Shown piece by piece: positions 8,829 through 18,390 of a stretch of 64,000 bases of DNA. The stretch is taken from sequence record PV467749.1. One strand, given 5' to 3'. The number at the start of each line of letters is the position of its first letter. Within the stretch, counting starts at the first letter, position 1. The stretch comes from a phage. Below the pieces are notes generated by a model. It saw only the letters and a list, made by a program, of their open reading frames with translations, was not told the origin of the DNA and searched no databases. Both the position numbers and the translations under genes were made by a program.

Positions 8829-9524
8829 TTAGACCCACTCTTCCACGCCACCGCGACGTTTGACGAGATACTTACCTTCTTCGTTGCGTGGACCAAGGAT
8901 GATACCATCAATGAAACCATGTTCACCGTATTCGAGTGCTTCTTCAGCGTTCAACCACAGGTCACGATCCGCATCTTTCAGTAGTTGTTCGTGTGATACA
9001 CCAACTGCTTCAGCGATTTCTTTAGTCAGTAGTGTGTTCAATGCATCAGAGTGTTTCAAGGAAATCTTCTGATCAGTAATCAGACCCTGAGTACCGGAAC
9101 TTACTTGGTGACACATGAAGTAAGAACGCTTACCACCTAGACGGAAACCTTTAGTACCAACTACTGATTGTGTATAGCAACCCATTGATGCTGCATAACC
9201 CATTACTACTGTACGGATAGGAGATACACAAGACTTAGCAATGTCAGCGATACCCAAACCTGCGTGTACTGAACCACCAGGAGAACTAATGTAGAAGGTA
9301 ATTGGTTCAGAACCCTGAGAATCCAACCACACCAATTGTTGCTTGATGATATGTGCCATTTGGTCATTGAAGTCAGTATCAAGGAAAATGATACGGTCTT
9401 GCATCATACGAGATGCTAGATCATAAGTACGTTCTGCACCATTAACTTTTTCAACTACATAAGGAATAGAAATGTTGCGAACTTCACCACCAGCATAACC
9501 ACCAAAATTGAATTGTTCAACCAT
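8829..9524 (-). CDS. clpP: ATP-dependent Clp protease proteolytic subunit ClpP
   Basis: 231 aa; SSPGGSVHAGLGI, GYAASMG (catalytic Ser region) and MCHQ (His) motifs; RBS AGAGGAAA; ATG 9524..9522. Confidence 0.85.
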   Translation of the reverse strand: MVEQFNFGGYAGGEVRNISIPYVVEKVNGAERTYDLASRMMQDRIIFLDTDFNDQMAHIIKQQLVWLDSQGSEPITFYISSPGGSVHAGLGIADIAKSCVSPIRTVVMGYAASMGCYTQSVVGTKGFRLGGKRSYFMCHQVSSGTQGLITDQKISLKHSDALNTLLTKEIAEAVGVSHEQLLKDADRDLWLNAEEALEYGEHGFIDGIILGPRNEEGKYLVKRRGGVEEWV

Positions 9525-9558
9525 TGTTATTTTCCTCTATTGTTTCATTGATGTGAGT

Positions 9559-9586
9559 ATTATATCACAGTGTTCGTATTTGTCTA
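9559..9586 (-). promoter_or_regulatory. sigma70-like early promoter candidate upstream of clpP (TAGACA-N16-TGATATAAT)
   Basis: minus strand TAGACA 9586..9581, 16-nt spacer, extended -10 TGATATAAT 9567..9559; -35 overlaps the stop of the upstream gene. Confidence 0.5.
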
Positions 9587-9967
9587 CAAGTTTCTTAAAA
9601 AATCTAGTAAACCGCAAATTGTATGTTTATTAAACATATCGTGGTCAATCTTTAACAACTTAACCATAGCATTATCATACACCGTAGAGTCGGTAATGTC
9701 AAACAAAGAATTTGTGTAATAACGTTCATTTTCTACATAAATGTATAATTCATTTGATTTGTCAAGATCTTCATAGAAGTTAGCATCAAAGTACTCTGCA
9801 TTTCCATCAATCCAAACCTCAACTGAATCATCATCTAAGCAGTAGTTTCTTGCTTCTTTTGAATATATTTCCAGCTTTCTGGCTGCACTGGAGTAATGTT
9901 TATAACCATTAATTACGTACTTTATTTCATCATTGTACTCAATTACATACACAACGATATTTTCCAT
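9584..9967 (-). CDS. hypothetical protein
   Basis: 127 aa Y/D/E-rich ORF. Confidence 0.55.
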   Translation of the reverse strand: MENIVVYVIEYNDEIKYVINGYKHYSSAARKLEIYSKEARNYCLDDDSVEVWIDGNAEYFDANFYEDLDKSNELYIYVENERYYTNSLFDITDSTVYDNAMVKLLKIDHDMFNKHTICGLLDFLRNL

Positions 9968-10362
9968 CAGTACACCCCTATTGACGCAAGAGCATGAAGA
10001 AATTCATATCGTATACCAACTGGGATGTCATCAAAATCAATCTCAATCATTCTTAGTGAATTTGAAAATTGTTCGTATTTAAAGAACGTATTAATTGATA
10101 AAGTACTGAATGGTAACACATCACCACGACTATCATCATGTACAAGAACATACACCTTTCCCACAAATGAATCTAAATCGTCTGCTTGTCTTACATCACT
10201 GATGAAGTTATACCTATCTTTCATCACAGTGCCAGTACCATCAGGATTGTAGTATTGGGTTTTATCACAAGAGTATAGTATACGCATACCCCATCGTCGA
10301 TACAAATGACAGCTACCCAATATAACAAGCATTTTGTCTTTTATATGCAATGTATATATCAT
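9967..10362 (-). CDS. hypothetical protein
   Basis: 131 aa ORF. Confidence 0.55.
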   Translation of the reverse strand: MIYTLHIKDKMLVILGSCHLYRRWGMRILYSCDKTQYYNPDGTGTVMKDRYNFISDVRQADDLDSFVGKVYVLVHDDSRGDVLPFSTLSINTFFKYEQFSNSLRMIEIDFDDIPVGIRYEFLHALASIGVY

Positions 10363-10371
10363 AGTAATTCC

Positions 10372-11163
10372 TTAGATTTCAAATACAAATTTAGGATCGT
10401 AATCGAAGTTCTCACATGCACCACTGTAAGATTCATAACCTCTTGGATTACAAATGATACGAGTTTTCCCAATGTTGTAGTCAAAGCTACTATGAACGTG
10501 ACCATGAATCCAAACATCAGCACCCAAATCTTCGATGTACTGGTCCATATCAGAACAATAACATCCATTCAGTGAGTCATTCTTGTATCTCGGAGATACA
10601 CTCTGATAACTTGGTGCATGATGTGTTACCACCACAACCTTGAAATCATTATCATTCATTAGACGAACTGTGTTAACTGAATTTTTGATAAATTGTTTAT
10701 CCTGATGATGCATGAACTCAACATCATCAGGTTTGAGCTTACGTTTCCACGGTTCTGATGTTGTTCCATGACGAATGTGTTTATAATCATTCATCTTTTG
10801 TTGAGCATCAAACTTAACCAGTGCGTTGCCTTTATCAAAGTCAGTCCACAGTGTACTACCAACCAGCAGTACACCATCCAGCCATACAAATTTGTTTTGC
10901 AAAAAGATGAAATTTGGAATCTCATCTTGCATATCGGACAGTACTTTATTAGTCTTGTGAATGTTTGAACCGTAGTACTCATGATTACCAGGAACCAGTA
11001 CTACATTCTTGAACTGCTTGCACAGGGATTCGATACCAGTACGATAACGACTGCGTTTAGCTTCATCAAAGTCCCCTGCAATAATCAGTACTGTATCACT
11101 GTAATCACCACTATGGAGGTAATCAGTGCCACCGTGTACGTCTGACGTTACAACAAATTTCAT
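10372..11163 (-). CDS. calcineurin-like metallophosphoesterase
   Basis: 263 aa; SDVHGG, AGDFDE, VPGNHEY, VTHHAP, IHGHVH metal-binding motifs. Confidence 0.8.
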   Translation of the reverse strand: MKFVVTSDVHGGTDYLHSGDYSDTVLIIAGDFDEAKRSRYRTGIESLCKQFKNVVLVPGNHEYYGSNIHKTNKVLSDMQDEIPNFIFLQNKFVWLDGVLLVGSTLWTDFDKGNALVKFDAQQKMNDYKHIRHGTTSEPWKRKLKPDDVEFMHHQDKQFIKNSVNTVRLMNDNDFKVVVVTHHAPSYQSVSPRYKNDSLNGCYCSDMDQYIEDLGADVWIHGHVHSSFDYNIGKTRIICNPRGYESYSGACENFDYDPKFVFEI

Positions 11164-11182
11164 AATTACCTCCTATAAATGA

Positions 11183-12601
11183 TTAACCAAGTGATTCAAG
11201 AATACTGTTAGAGAACACCTCAACAGCACTATCACGAATTTCTAAGATACGAGTATAGTCGTCACAAGTGTTTTTGTCAAATCTAAATTCAATAAACACA
11301 GGTAAAAATAGTGATGGTTCGCCAGTACGCTGATCATACACTATATCATTGCACTCCACGGTTACTACTTGACCAATGAGTTCTTGCATTCTTTCCCAAA
11401 TGGTTTTAAACGTCCATTCTGCGTCTTTCTCTTTAATTCCAGTACCTACATTAACTTTCAATGTACCACAAGCACTTTCCAGTTGTAAAGAACCAAGGCT
11501 ACCTTTACGCTTACCTTCACCTTCATTGAAACCAACAATACGCAAGTCCAATTGCATTTTAAGTTTCATTTTCAATTGCTTAGGAGAAGTGTGAGATTTC
11601 CAGATACCATCTTCACATTTCAGTACTGAACCCTCTTCACCTTCGTTCATTAGTTCACTATTGTACTCAAATGCTTCTTTGATGTTTAGAACTTTACGGA
11701 ATCCAACCATACGAACAAAATCACTACCGAGTTCGTTAATTGCATCTACTAAGATCTCGCGGCGTTCTTTGCGTTTTACATTCCATACACCTTCACAAAA
11801 TGCATCATATGGAACAACATCCCAGAGAACGAATACAGTACGCATTGCTTCATTCTGACTGATGCTATCTTTACCAGCTTTCTGGATAATACCGTTACCA
11901 GTAGTGCGTGGGAGAATGGTTTCTCCATCATTGTCCAGTACTACACCTTCACCCATAAAGACTACACCACTACTAAAACGTTCATCTTTACTTTGGATGA
12001 TGTGAGCAAGACCTGCCATTTCACCATCACGACAACCCAGGAAGTCGTATAGTTTACCATTACGGGATGTAGAAGTTAATGAACCATTAATGACAACGTG
12101 GTTCAAGTACTGACCATCCATTTTAACTTCTGATATAGCATAACCATAATCTTTGAAGTTAATGTTCTTTGCAGTCTTTTTGTCAATCAACGAACAACGC
12201 ATGTATGGTTCGTCTTTGATAAAACCTTTCCCGAACACATCATTGCAGTTCTTTTCTTGGATACCACAATCAAGGTTCTTCGTGAGCATTTTACGAAGAA
12301 CTTCCTGGTCATCTTCTGATACAGAACCCAGCACTGAAGCAATGAAGTCACGCCCAGCATTTCCGGTCACACCACGTTTGTAAATGCATTCTAGCTTATC
12401 AATTGCTTCGTCTAATGTCATATGTTGGTATACATCATCAGCTTGTGGTAGCTTTTTATACCCACTTACAATTGAAGGGTCTAGTGTATATTTCAGTACT
12501 TTTTGTAATGTTTGGTTATCTTTGTTTTGTTCAAGGATAGCTTTTTTACCCAGAGTACTGCTAGTATTTTTAATGCTTTCAAGAATTGCTAAAATGCTCA
12601 T
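11183..12601 (-). CDS. ATP-dependent DNA ligase (T4 gp30-like)
   Basis: 472 aa; N-terminus ILAILESIKNTSSTLGKKAILEQNKDN resembles T4 ligase N-terminus as recalled; nucleotidyltransferase motif I EVKMDGQ; motif IV-like EGSVLK; motif V-like LKMKLKMQLD. Confidence 0.8.
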   Translation of the reverse strand: MSILAILESIKNTSSTLGKKAILEQNKDNQTLQKVLKYTLDPSIVSGYKKLPQADDVYQHMTLDEAIDKLECIYKRGVTGNAGRDFIASVLGSVSEDDQEVLRKMLTKNLDCGIQEKNCNDVFGKGFIKDEPYMRCSLIDKKTAKNINFKDYGYAISEVKMDGQYLNHVVINGSLTSTSRNGKLYDFLGCRDGEMAGLAHIIQSKDERFSSGVVFMGEGVVLDNDGETILPRTTGNGIIQKAGKDSISQNEAMRTVFVLWDVVPYDAFCEGVWNVKRKERREILVDAINELGSDFVRMVGFRKVLNIKEAFEYNSELMNEGEEGSVLKCEDGIWKSHTSPKQLKMKLKMQLDLRIVGFNEGEGKRKGSLGSLQLESACGTLKVNVGTGIKEKDAEWTFKTIWERMQELIGQVVTVECNDIVYDQRTGEPSLFLPVFIEFRFDKNTCDDYTRILEIRDSAVEVFSNSILESLG

Positions 12602-12612
12602 TGTATATTCCC

Positions 12613-13815
12613 TTATAGATAATACTTTCCAATGTAAAGTTTATTACTTAGTGATAGCTGGACGTGACAAGGTTTTTCTTGGTAGTAACGAGTTGATGAT
12701 GTTTTATTTTCAGTCGGTGGGAAGAAAGGAGAACGGTATCCGTTCCATGTACCAAATGATACATGTTCGTTTAAATCCACATCCATTGTCATAATACCAT
12801 TAGCATCAATTTCAACTGGATACGCACTGTATCGTTCAAATACATCAGTGTATTGAAGAATATAATCACCATTACGACCATAATAACTTCTGGTTGTATT
12901 GTTCTTTACACCAAAGAACACACGATATGCTTGGTCACCAACTTTAGACATGAACGGTACGTTCTCGTTGAATCGTCCATTACTCATTATATCATCAGGA
13001 TTGATTTCTTCGTACTTTACTTTCAAATCTTGTGCTTTAAACGACTTATCACTTATCAGTACTGGAATATTGCTTTCACATAATGGGTTACTGCGATTTC
13101 GTTGGATATTTTGCCAAAATGCATTAGCTTTAACAATTTCATCTTGAACTGTAGTTTTTACATTCAGTGCAGCACTTGGTTCTAACGCATAAGTTTCAAG
13201 ACGAGCATTAAGAGCATATGTCCCACGAGTAGTATTATATACTAAGTGATACTTGGAACTCTTATCAGAAAATGAAAACTCTTTAGTTTTCTTGATACAA
13301 ATAGCATTTACTTTACCACAATAATAGTAATCTTCTTTATTGTGTCTAAAACCATCACCCACTTTCAATTTAGAAACAACTTCTTTTTGATGTTCTTTCT
13401 TATTCTCCTTCTCAACCAATTTAGCAAAGGTTTTAGTTTTACCGTTAATTAGTTCTAAACTATTATTAAAGAACATAGGTTCAACAAATACACCCTTAAC
13501 AATATCATTGTTGATGATAAGGTCGTTCATGTTTTTAGCACTCACCAAGAACTCGAAACCTTCAGGGTGACGTATGGTGAAGTATGTTTCGCGAGCATGA
13601 ACAGTGAGCTTATGTACCACAGAAAACCCAATTGTAGGCACATTATCAATCCATAGTGAAGGTAGATTGTTTTTCTTAGCCCAGTACTCGGCCTTTTCTT
13701 TTTTAGTCTCAAACGCTTTTGTGTGTGATTTTGTAGCATCTATAATGTAACCAGTAACTTGGTTATGATTTACATATGAACGAGCCACAAATAACTTCTC
13801 TGGAAAATCCATCAA
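12613..13815 (-). CDS. hypothetical protein (400 aa)
   Basis: long ORF, no motif recognised. Confidence 0.6.
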   Translation of the reverse strand: MMDFPEKLFVARSYVNHNQVTGYIIDATKSHTKAFETKKEKAEYWAKKNNLPSLWIDNVPTIGFSVVHKLTVHARETYFTIRHPEGFEFLVSAKNMNDLIINNDIVKGVFVEPMFFNNSLELINGKTKTFAKLVEKENKKEHQKEVVSKLKVGDGFRHNKEDYYYCGKVNAICIKKTKEFSFSDKSSKYHLVYNTTRGTYALNARLETYALEPSAALNVKTTVQDEIVKANAFWQNIQRNRSNPLCESNIPVLISDKSFKAQDLKVKYEEINPDDIMSNGRFNENVPFMSKVGDQAYRVFFGVKNNTTRSYYGRNGDYILQYTDVFERYSAYPVEIDANGIMTMDVDLNEHVSFGTWNGYRSPFFPPTENKTSSTRYYQEKPCHVQLSLSNKLYIGKYYL

Positions 13816-14231
13816 ACAGTCCTCATTGTGCTAATTGCTTTTAATGTGTTAAACAATGCACCATATTTTACTTGCATTAGTTGATCCCCAGTAGGAAGAT
13901 TCATACGCATAACAGACATGTCTTCAACCATTTCAGATGTACATAGTACTGCTACACATGTAGTTGCATCATTTAATCCGGCTTCATTGAATTTAGCGAA
14001 TGGCACTTTTCCCTGCTTACAAAGGTCATCATAATAAGAATTTAACTTATCATGACCACCAGCATTTAGTACTACAATAGTTTCGTGGTCATAATACCAT
14101 TCATCAATAATAGTACTGAAAGCAGTACCTTCATATTCTTTAATTAGTTTTATGCCAGCATGAAATGCTTGAATGCCAGCTTGGACACCTTGACAGTACA
14201 TGTTTGTTAAACAATATAATTTCATTTCCAT
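13812..14231 (-). CDS. hypothetical protein
   Basis: 139 aa ORF; 4-nt overlap with downstream gene. Confidence 0.55.
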   Translation of the reverse strand: MEMKLYCLTNMYCQGVQAGIQAFHAGIKLIKEYEGTAFSTIIDEWYYDHETIVVLNAGGHDKLNSYYDDLCKQGKVPFAKFNEAGLNDATTCVAVLCTSEMVEDMSVMRMNLPTGDQLMQVKYGALFNTLKAISTMRTV

Positions 14232-14449
14232 ACCTCTTGTTTTTCTACAAACCCTTTACCATCACAATGTGGACAAGCATAATAACTGCGATAGTCTTCA
14301 GATGGAACTTGTTGTGTACCATTACATGTAGGGCACACTTTACGTGTACCAGAAATAATACGTTCATGGTGTTCAGCTTGTTTTGCTGAATCAAAAATAC
14401 GACCATCTTCGGTTTGGTATTTTTCTACCATAACTTGAATTACTTTCAT
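14222..14449 (-). CDS. small zinc-ribbon protein
   Basis: 75 aa; CPTCNG ... CPHCDG pair of CxxC motifs. Confidence 0.5.
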   Translation of the reverse strand: MKVIQVMVEKYQTEDGRIFDSAKQAEHHERIISGTRKVCPTCNGTQQVPSEDYRSYYACPHCDGKGFVEKQEVWK

Positions 14450-14459
14450 TTCTATTTCC

Positions 14460-14765
14460 TTATAAAAATGTTAAATATTCAGTACTTAATTGTAATAATT
14501 TACCATCATATTCAATTTCAACATATACATCTTGGTCATAAACAGCAACTACACGACTAATAACTCCACTCTTCACCACATTCTTTTTGTAGTTGAATTC
14601 AACTGAGCAACCAATAAGTTTCTTTGATAGAATCTCACGTATTTGATTAGCATGGTCTTTTAGGATAGAATTAATAGATTTTTTCACAACATATCTATCA
14701 TTTAAGTATTTTTTAACTACATCATGCATATTATTACCTTTTGAAGCGGTTAAATGAGTACTCAT
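14460..14765 (-). CDS. hypothetical protein (loosely related to 17548, 19809, 18136 products)
   Basis: 101 aa; shared pattern ..LIG(K/C)xV..Y..G(V/I)I..V..Y..E by eye. Confidence 0.5.
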   Translation of the reverse strand: MSTHLTASKGNNMHDVVKKYLNDRYVVKKSINSILKDHANQIREILSKKLIGCSVEFNYKKNVVKSGVISRVVAVYDQDVYVEIEYDGKLLQLSTEYLTFL

Positions 14766-15492
14766 CTTTTTCTTTACGTAAGTATCTCATCCCTCCACTT
14801 TGGGGAGTTGCAAGAGTCAAATCACCAGTTAAGAACTGACTATCAATCCAGATACGATTACCATAAATGAGTGGGTCGGATACTGCGGTATGACCACTAA
14901 AGACGCAATGGATACCATCAAGTCTAGGGACGTAATATGTGTTATTTTTCTTGCAGTAGTCGAATGTATCACGGTCCCACAAGCACTTCTCAATTATATC
15001 AGCACTAAGTGATTTTGTCCCACTAACGAAACGTTCCCATGTTGTATATTCCAATGGAACACCAGCATGAACTAGTCCAATCTTCAATCCTCGGTGATTG
15101 ATTTGGATAATCATAGGGAGATCCTTTAAGTACTGACGGAAGAACTGTATACCTGTCTCACCAACTTCATCAATGAACTTATCTCCACCATTTTGTACCC
15201 AACAGTGATGCCAGTCACGGTGAGTTTCAGAATCAACACACATGATCTCGTGGTTCCCAGCAATCATAAAACGGTTTTCACCGAAAAGGAATTCAAACAG
15301 TAGTTTGGAATTCTGGTCACCACGGTCAATAACATCACCTACACAAAAAACATAGTCATTATTGGTGATACCAAATTCTTTCTTGGTAGCATCCCACAGT
15401 TTTCCGTTGCCGTGTAAATCACCAACGATATATAAATCTTTATCATCCGGTACTGTAACTTCCAAAAAATGTTTCATTATTGTTCCAACCAT
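14734..15492 (-). CDS. PPP-family Ser/Thr protein phosphatase (lambda-phosphatase/ApaH-like)
   Basis: 252 aa; GDLHG, GDVIDRG, GNHE signature motifs. Confidence 0.8.
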   Translation of the reverse strand: MVGTIMKHFLEVTVPDDKDLYIVGDLHGNGKLWDATKKEFGITNNDYVFCVGDVIDRGDQNSKLLFEFLFGENRFMIAGNHEIMCVDSETHRDWHHCWVQNGGDKFIDEVGETGIQFFRQYLKDLPMIIQINHRGLKIGLVHAGVPLEYTTWERFVSGTKSLSADIIEKCLWDRDTFDYCKKNNTYYVPRLDGIHCVFSGHTAVSDPLIYGNRIWIDSQFLTGDLTLATPQSGGMRYLRKEKDEYSFNRFKR

Positions 15493-15731
15493 ATAATGTT
15501 AGTGTGTTTTGTAACTTGTGTTCCTGCAAAAGAACCATCTTTAAGATACGTATTAACTTTGAAACGCCATTCACCACCGCTAATATACATATCAGCGATA
15601 ATGTACTTCCCATAACCCCTTGAGTTTATCAAACGTACTTCTTGTCCAATATACTTCGGCTTCAAATCATTAATAAAATCATCAGCCAAAGACATAAGAT
15701 ATCGCAAATGTGAATAGTCGGTGTTGAACAT
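15477..15731 (-). CDS. hypothetical protein
   Basis: probable start ATG 15731..15729 (TAATG overlap with upstream stop; GAGAAAG RBS-like); track ORF 15477..15806 starts earlier. Confidence 0.5.
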   Translation of the reverse strand: MFNTDYSHLRYLMSLADDFINDLKPKYIGQEVRLINSRGYGKYIIADMYISGGEWRFKVNTYLKDGSFAGTQVTKHTNIIWLEQ

Positions 15732-15946
15732 TATTTCTTTCTCTTGAAGTGGGATATAATATCTTTTGTTATTGAGATAAAAAGATACACCATAGTTACA
15801 GGCCAAATTATAGCCATCAGTGCTGCTGATTGTAGACTCATTGCAGTTATGATTTCATCTTTGAAACATTTCCAATTCAGTACTAGAAAGTTACATATAA
15901 ATGAGCAAAACGCAACAAATCCATATATTGCAAAAAAGGTAGTCAT
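15731..15946 (-). CDS. small membrane protein (71 aa)
   Basis: two hydrophobic helices (FFAIYGFVAFCSFICNFLVL; ALMAIIWPVTMVYLFISI). Confidence 0.45.
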   Translation of the reverse strand: MTTFFAIYGFVAFCSFICNFLVLNWKCFKDEIITAMSLQSAALMAIIWPVTMVYLFISITKDIISHFKRKK

Positions 15947-15948
15947 TA

Positions 15949-16281
15949 TTATTCCTCATCAACTTGAATAAGATATTCTAAACTTATTTCATCACCAAAG
16001 GCAGCGGCATCAATTGCATCGTGATTGATGTATTCTACTTGTGCAATTAAACGTATACCGTATTTCATAATTTCAATAATTCTCATTCTTGTATTGGGAT
16101 TTATGTACTGGTAGTATGATTCATACTCTGGATCATCGTCCATTTCCGCATATCGGTTGATGTACTCGTCAGTAAATTTTACTATCTTACCGACGAGTTC
16201 TGTTTCTGCACTTTTATAGAAATCATCTTTCATTTGATGCAACGCAATCAAGTACTGATTATATTGTGCAAGATGTTTCAT
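15949..16281 (-). CDS. hypothetical acidic protein
   Basis: 110 aa ORF. Confidence 0.5.
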   Translation of the reverse strand: MKHLAQYNQYLIALHQMKDDFYKSAETELVGKIVKFTDEYINRYAEMDDDPEYESYYQYINPNTRMRIIEIMKYGIRLIAQVEYINHDAIDAAAFGDEISLEYLIQVDEE

Positions 16282-16283
16282 TG

Positions 16284-16880
16284 TTAATCACAGCTACCGG
16301 AACTAGAACTTGAGCTTGAATCACAACTAGAGCTATCATATGAACCAGTATCAGCAGAAGAGATATATGGTGTCACGACTGCTGCTGCGGTAGTTGCTGC
16401 AATAATATGGGAAGTATGGTCGTGTGTACCTTGTTGTGGTTCATCTTGGACTTTGTTTTTATTCTTCCCTTTAGTATAGCGAGCTTTCTTTGTAGTTTTG
16501 GTGTTCTTTGGTGCTTTAGTACTTTTCGGTGCTGCTTTAGGCTTTACTTCATTAACTACAGGAACAACAGTAACATTAACTTTAGGGTCAGATTCATCAA
16601 GTGCATTGTGAACATTCACTTGCATTTGAACTTCAACTTTAAGTTCTTCTTGTTCTTCAGGAATAACTTTTTCAGGTTCTGGTGTAACCTGATCACGTTT
16701 ATCATTAATCATGAAGTTGATATTACGTTCACCTAGCACTAATAAAGTAACGATGGTGAGTACTGGGGTTAGTACTAGACTAAGTAGTACATAGCCGATA
16801 ACACTACGATTGTAATTGTATGCAAGCATACCTGCAATAACTACACCAAGTACACTAATAACTGCTGCGATTGTTAACAT
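16284..16880 (-). CDS. membrane protein with Lys-rich and Ser-rich low-complexity tail
   Basis: 198 aa; N-terminal TM segments; KAAPKSTKAPKNTKTTKKARYTKGKNKNK then SSSCDSSSSSSSGSCD C-terminus. Confidence 0.55.
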   Translation of the reverse strand: MLTIAAVISVLGVVIAGMLAYNYNRSVIGYVLLSLVLTPVLTIVTLLVLGERNINFMINDKRDQVTPEPEKVIPEEQEELKVEVQMQVNVHNALDESDPKVNVTVVPVVNEVKPKAAPKSTKAPKNTKTTKKARYTKGKNKNKVQDEPQQGTHDHTSHIIAATTAAAVVTPYISSADTGSYDSSSCDSSSSSSSGSCD

Positions 16881-17184
16881 ATTCTACTCCTTTGTATATA
16901 AATTTACCAATATCTTCGATGTATAAACAGATTCCATCTCGTTCATTTAACACAAGCCAATCACCAAAACCACAACTGATGTTGCATATATTAAATTCTT
17001 CAATACCATCCGGTGAATACGCAATGAATGGACATATTTCATCTGATATACCATTTACATAGTTATTACATATTAAATCAAATGTATGTGAACTATAAGA
17101 ATTATCAGTACTGAAAATGTGCATTAATGAACTAGATAGAATTACTATTGTTTTTTCCCACATTTTTAAAAAATCGTTATTCAC
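16855..17184 (-). CDS. hypothetical Cys-containing protein
   Basis: 109 aa; track start is GTG 17184 with GGAG 9 nt upstream. Confidence 0.5.
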   Translation of the reverse strand: MNNDFLKMWEKTIVILSSSLMHIFSTDNSYSSHTFDLICNNYVNGISDEICPFIAYSPDGIEEFNICNISCGFGDWLVLNERDGICLYIEDIGKFIYKGVEYVNNRSSY

Positions 17185-17215
17185 AACAACTACTCCATGT
17201 CAGTGTTGTAATGAA

Positions 17216-17243
17216 ATTATATCACCGAATCAAGATATGTCTC
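17216..17243 (-). promoter_or_regulatory. sigma70-like promoter candidate (GAGACA-N16-TGATATAAT)
   Basis: minus-strand TGATATAAT 17224..17216 with GAGACA 16 nt upstream, in the gap between CDS 17242..17547 and 16855..17184. Confidence 0.4.
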
Positions 17244-17547
17244 ATGAGATTCGCATTTCATCCAGATATAAACTACATGCTTCGAAATTGTTGTCAGCAC
17301 TTAAACCTAAATCAACCATCAGACCACAATGCGTTCCACAGAATTTCTTTATGTATAGTTTCTTATTGTTTGTACCTAAGTCGTATACATATTCATTTTC
17401 GAAAATAGTTTTTAAATCATTACAAATACTTTTTACTATCTTCATTACATCATTATGATACTCATATGGTATTCCATCTAGTTCATCAATGATAATAGCA
17501 AAACCATTGTCATAGTACTTTAGTTTATTGAATGTTTGTATATCCAT
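17242..17547 (-). CDS. hypothetical protein
   Basis: 101 aa ORF. Confidence 0.5.
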   Translation of the reverse strand: MDIQTFNKLKYYDNGFAIIIDELDGIPYEYHNDVMKIVKSICNDLKTIFENEYVYDLGTNNKKLYIKKFCGTHCGLMVDLGLSADNNFEACSLYLDEMRIS

Positions 17548-17844
17548 TTAATATATAATCTCACTTACTTCTATGGTGTAGACACCATCATCAGTCATTA
17601 ATCTAACTGCAACTTTAATATTACTAGACATTCGTGTAACTATCAATCCAATAATTATACCATTCTTTAAAGTACCATTATGGTATCTAACTTTTACTTC
17701 AGTTTTATTATCAATTAAGTATCTTCTAATTATGTGTATTTCCGTTCTAAACAGTTCTAAATAAACTTCACTATACTCCTTATCAGAACCATCAGCACAG
17801 CTATACAATAAATGTACCTGTTCTAACAAAAGTTTTAAATTCAT
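17548..17844 (-). CDS. hypothetical protein
   Basis: 98 aa ORF. Confidence 0.5.
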   Translation of the reverse strand: MNLKLLLEQVHLLYSCADGSDKEYSEVYLELFRTEIHIIRRYLIDNKTEVKVRYHNGTLKNGIIIGLIVTRMSSNIKVAVRLMTDDGVYTIEVSEIIY

Positions 17845-18143
17845 AAGAACCTCACAGATTTAATATTACTTGTTACATGTTTAAACACAGTGTTATTGAA
17901 TACATAACAAATAGTATTAAGAGATTTATAAAAATTAACATCAGTTATTACTGCTTTGGAACCATTGATTAAGCACTGTGATGACGGTAATTTATTTTCT
18001 AATATATTCTTTTCATCTGAACAAAGTGTTCCAATACAATCATAATATAAAGGCTCACCAACTTTATCAGTACTAAGAAAATCGAAAGCAAGATCATCTA
18101 TTAGTTTTATGTAATTGAATAAATTTTGATAGTACTCATTCAT
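17841..18143 (-). CDS. hypothetical protein
   Basis: probable start ATG 18143..18141 (AGAGGA RBS); track ORF 17841..18200 starts earlier. Confidence 0.5.
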   Translation of the reverse strand: MNEYYQNLFNYIKLIDDLAFDFLSTDKVGEPLYYDCIGTLCSDEKNILENKLPSSQCLINGSKAVITDVNFYKSLNTICYVFNNTVFKHVTSNIKSVRFL

Positions 18144-18390
18144 TGTCAATCCTCTTGAATTTAGCATTATTCGAATAAGTATATGAATGTCCAAAATCAT
18201 TTACACCATGCACATTCAATACACCGTCGATGAAATAGATTCGGTCAATGGTGAGTTCACGTTTATAATCCGAATCATCATACCAGCACAGAACACGAAT
18301 ACCTTTATACTTTGTAGTTAGCTCTTTTTCTAATGTAACTAAGTACTCAATATAACTTTTGAATAGCTCTAAGTCCTGCTCAAACATCAC
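18136..18390 (-). CDS. hypothetical protein
   Basis: 84 aa ORF; 4-nt overlap with upstream gene. Confidence 0.5.
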   Translation of the reverse strand: MMFEQDLELFKSYIEYLVTLEKELTTKYKGIRVLCWYDDSDYKRELTIDRIYFIDGVLNVHGVNDFGHSYTYSNNAKFKRIDNE

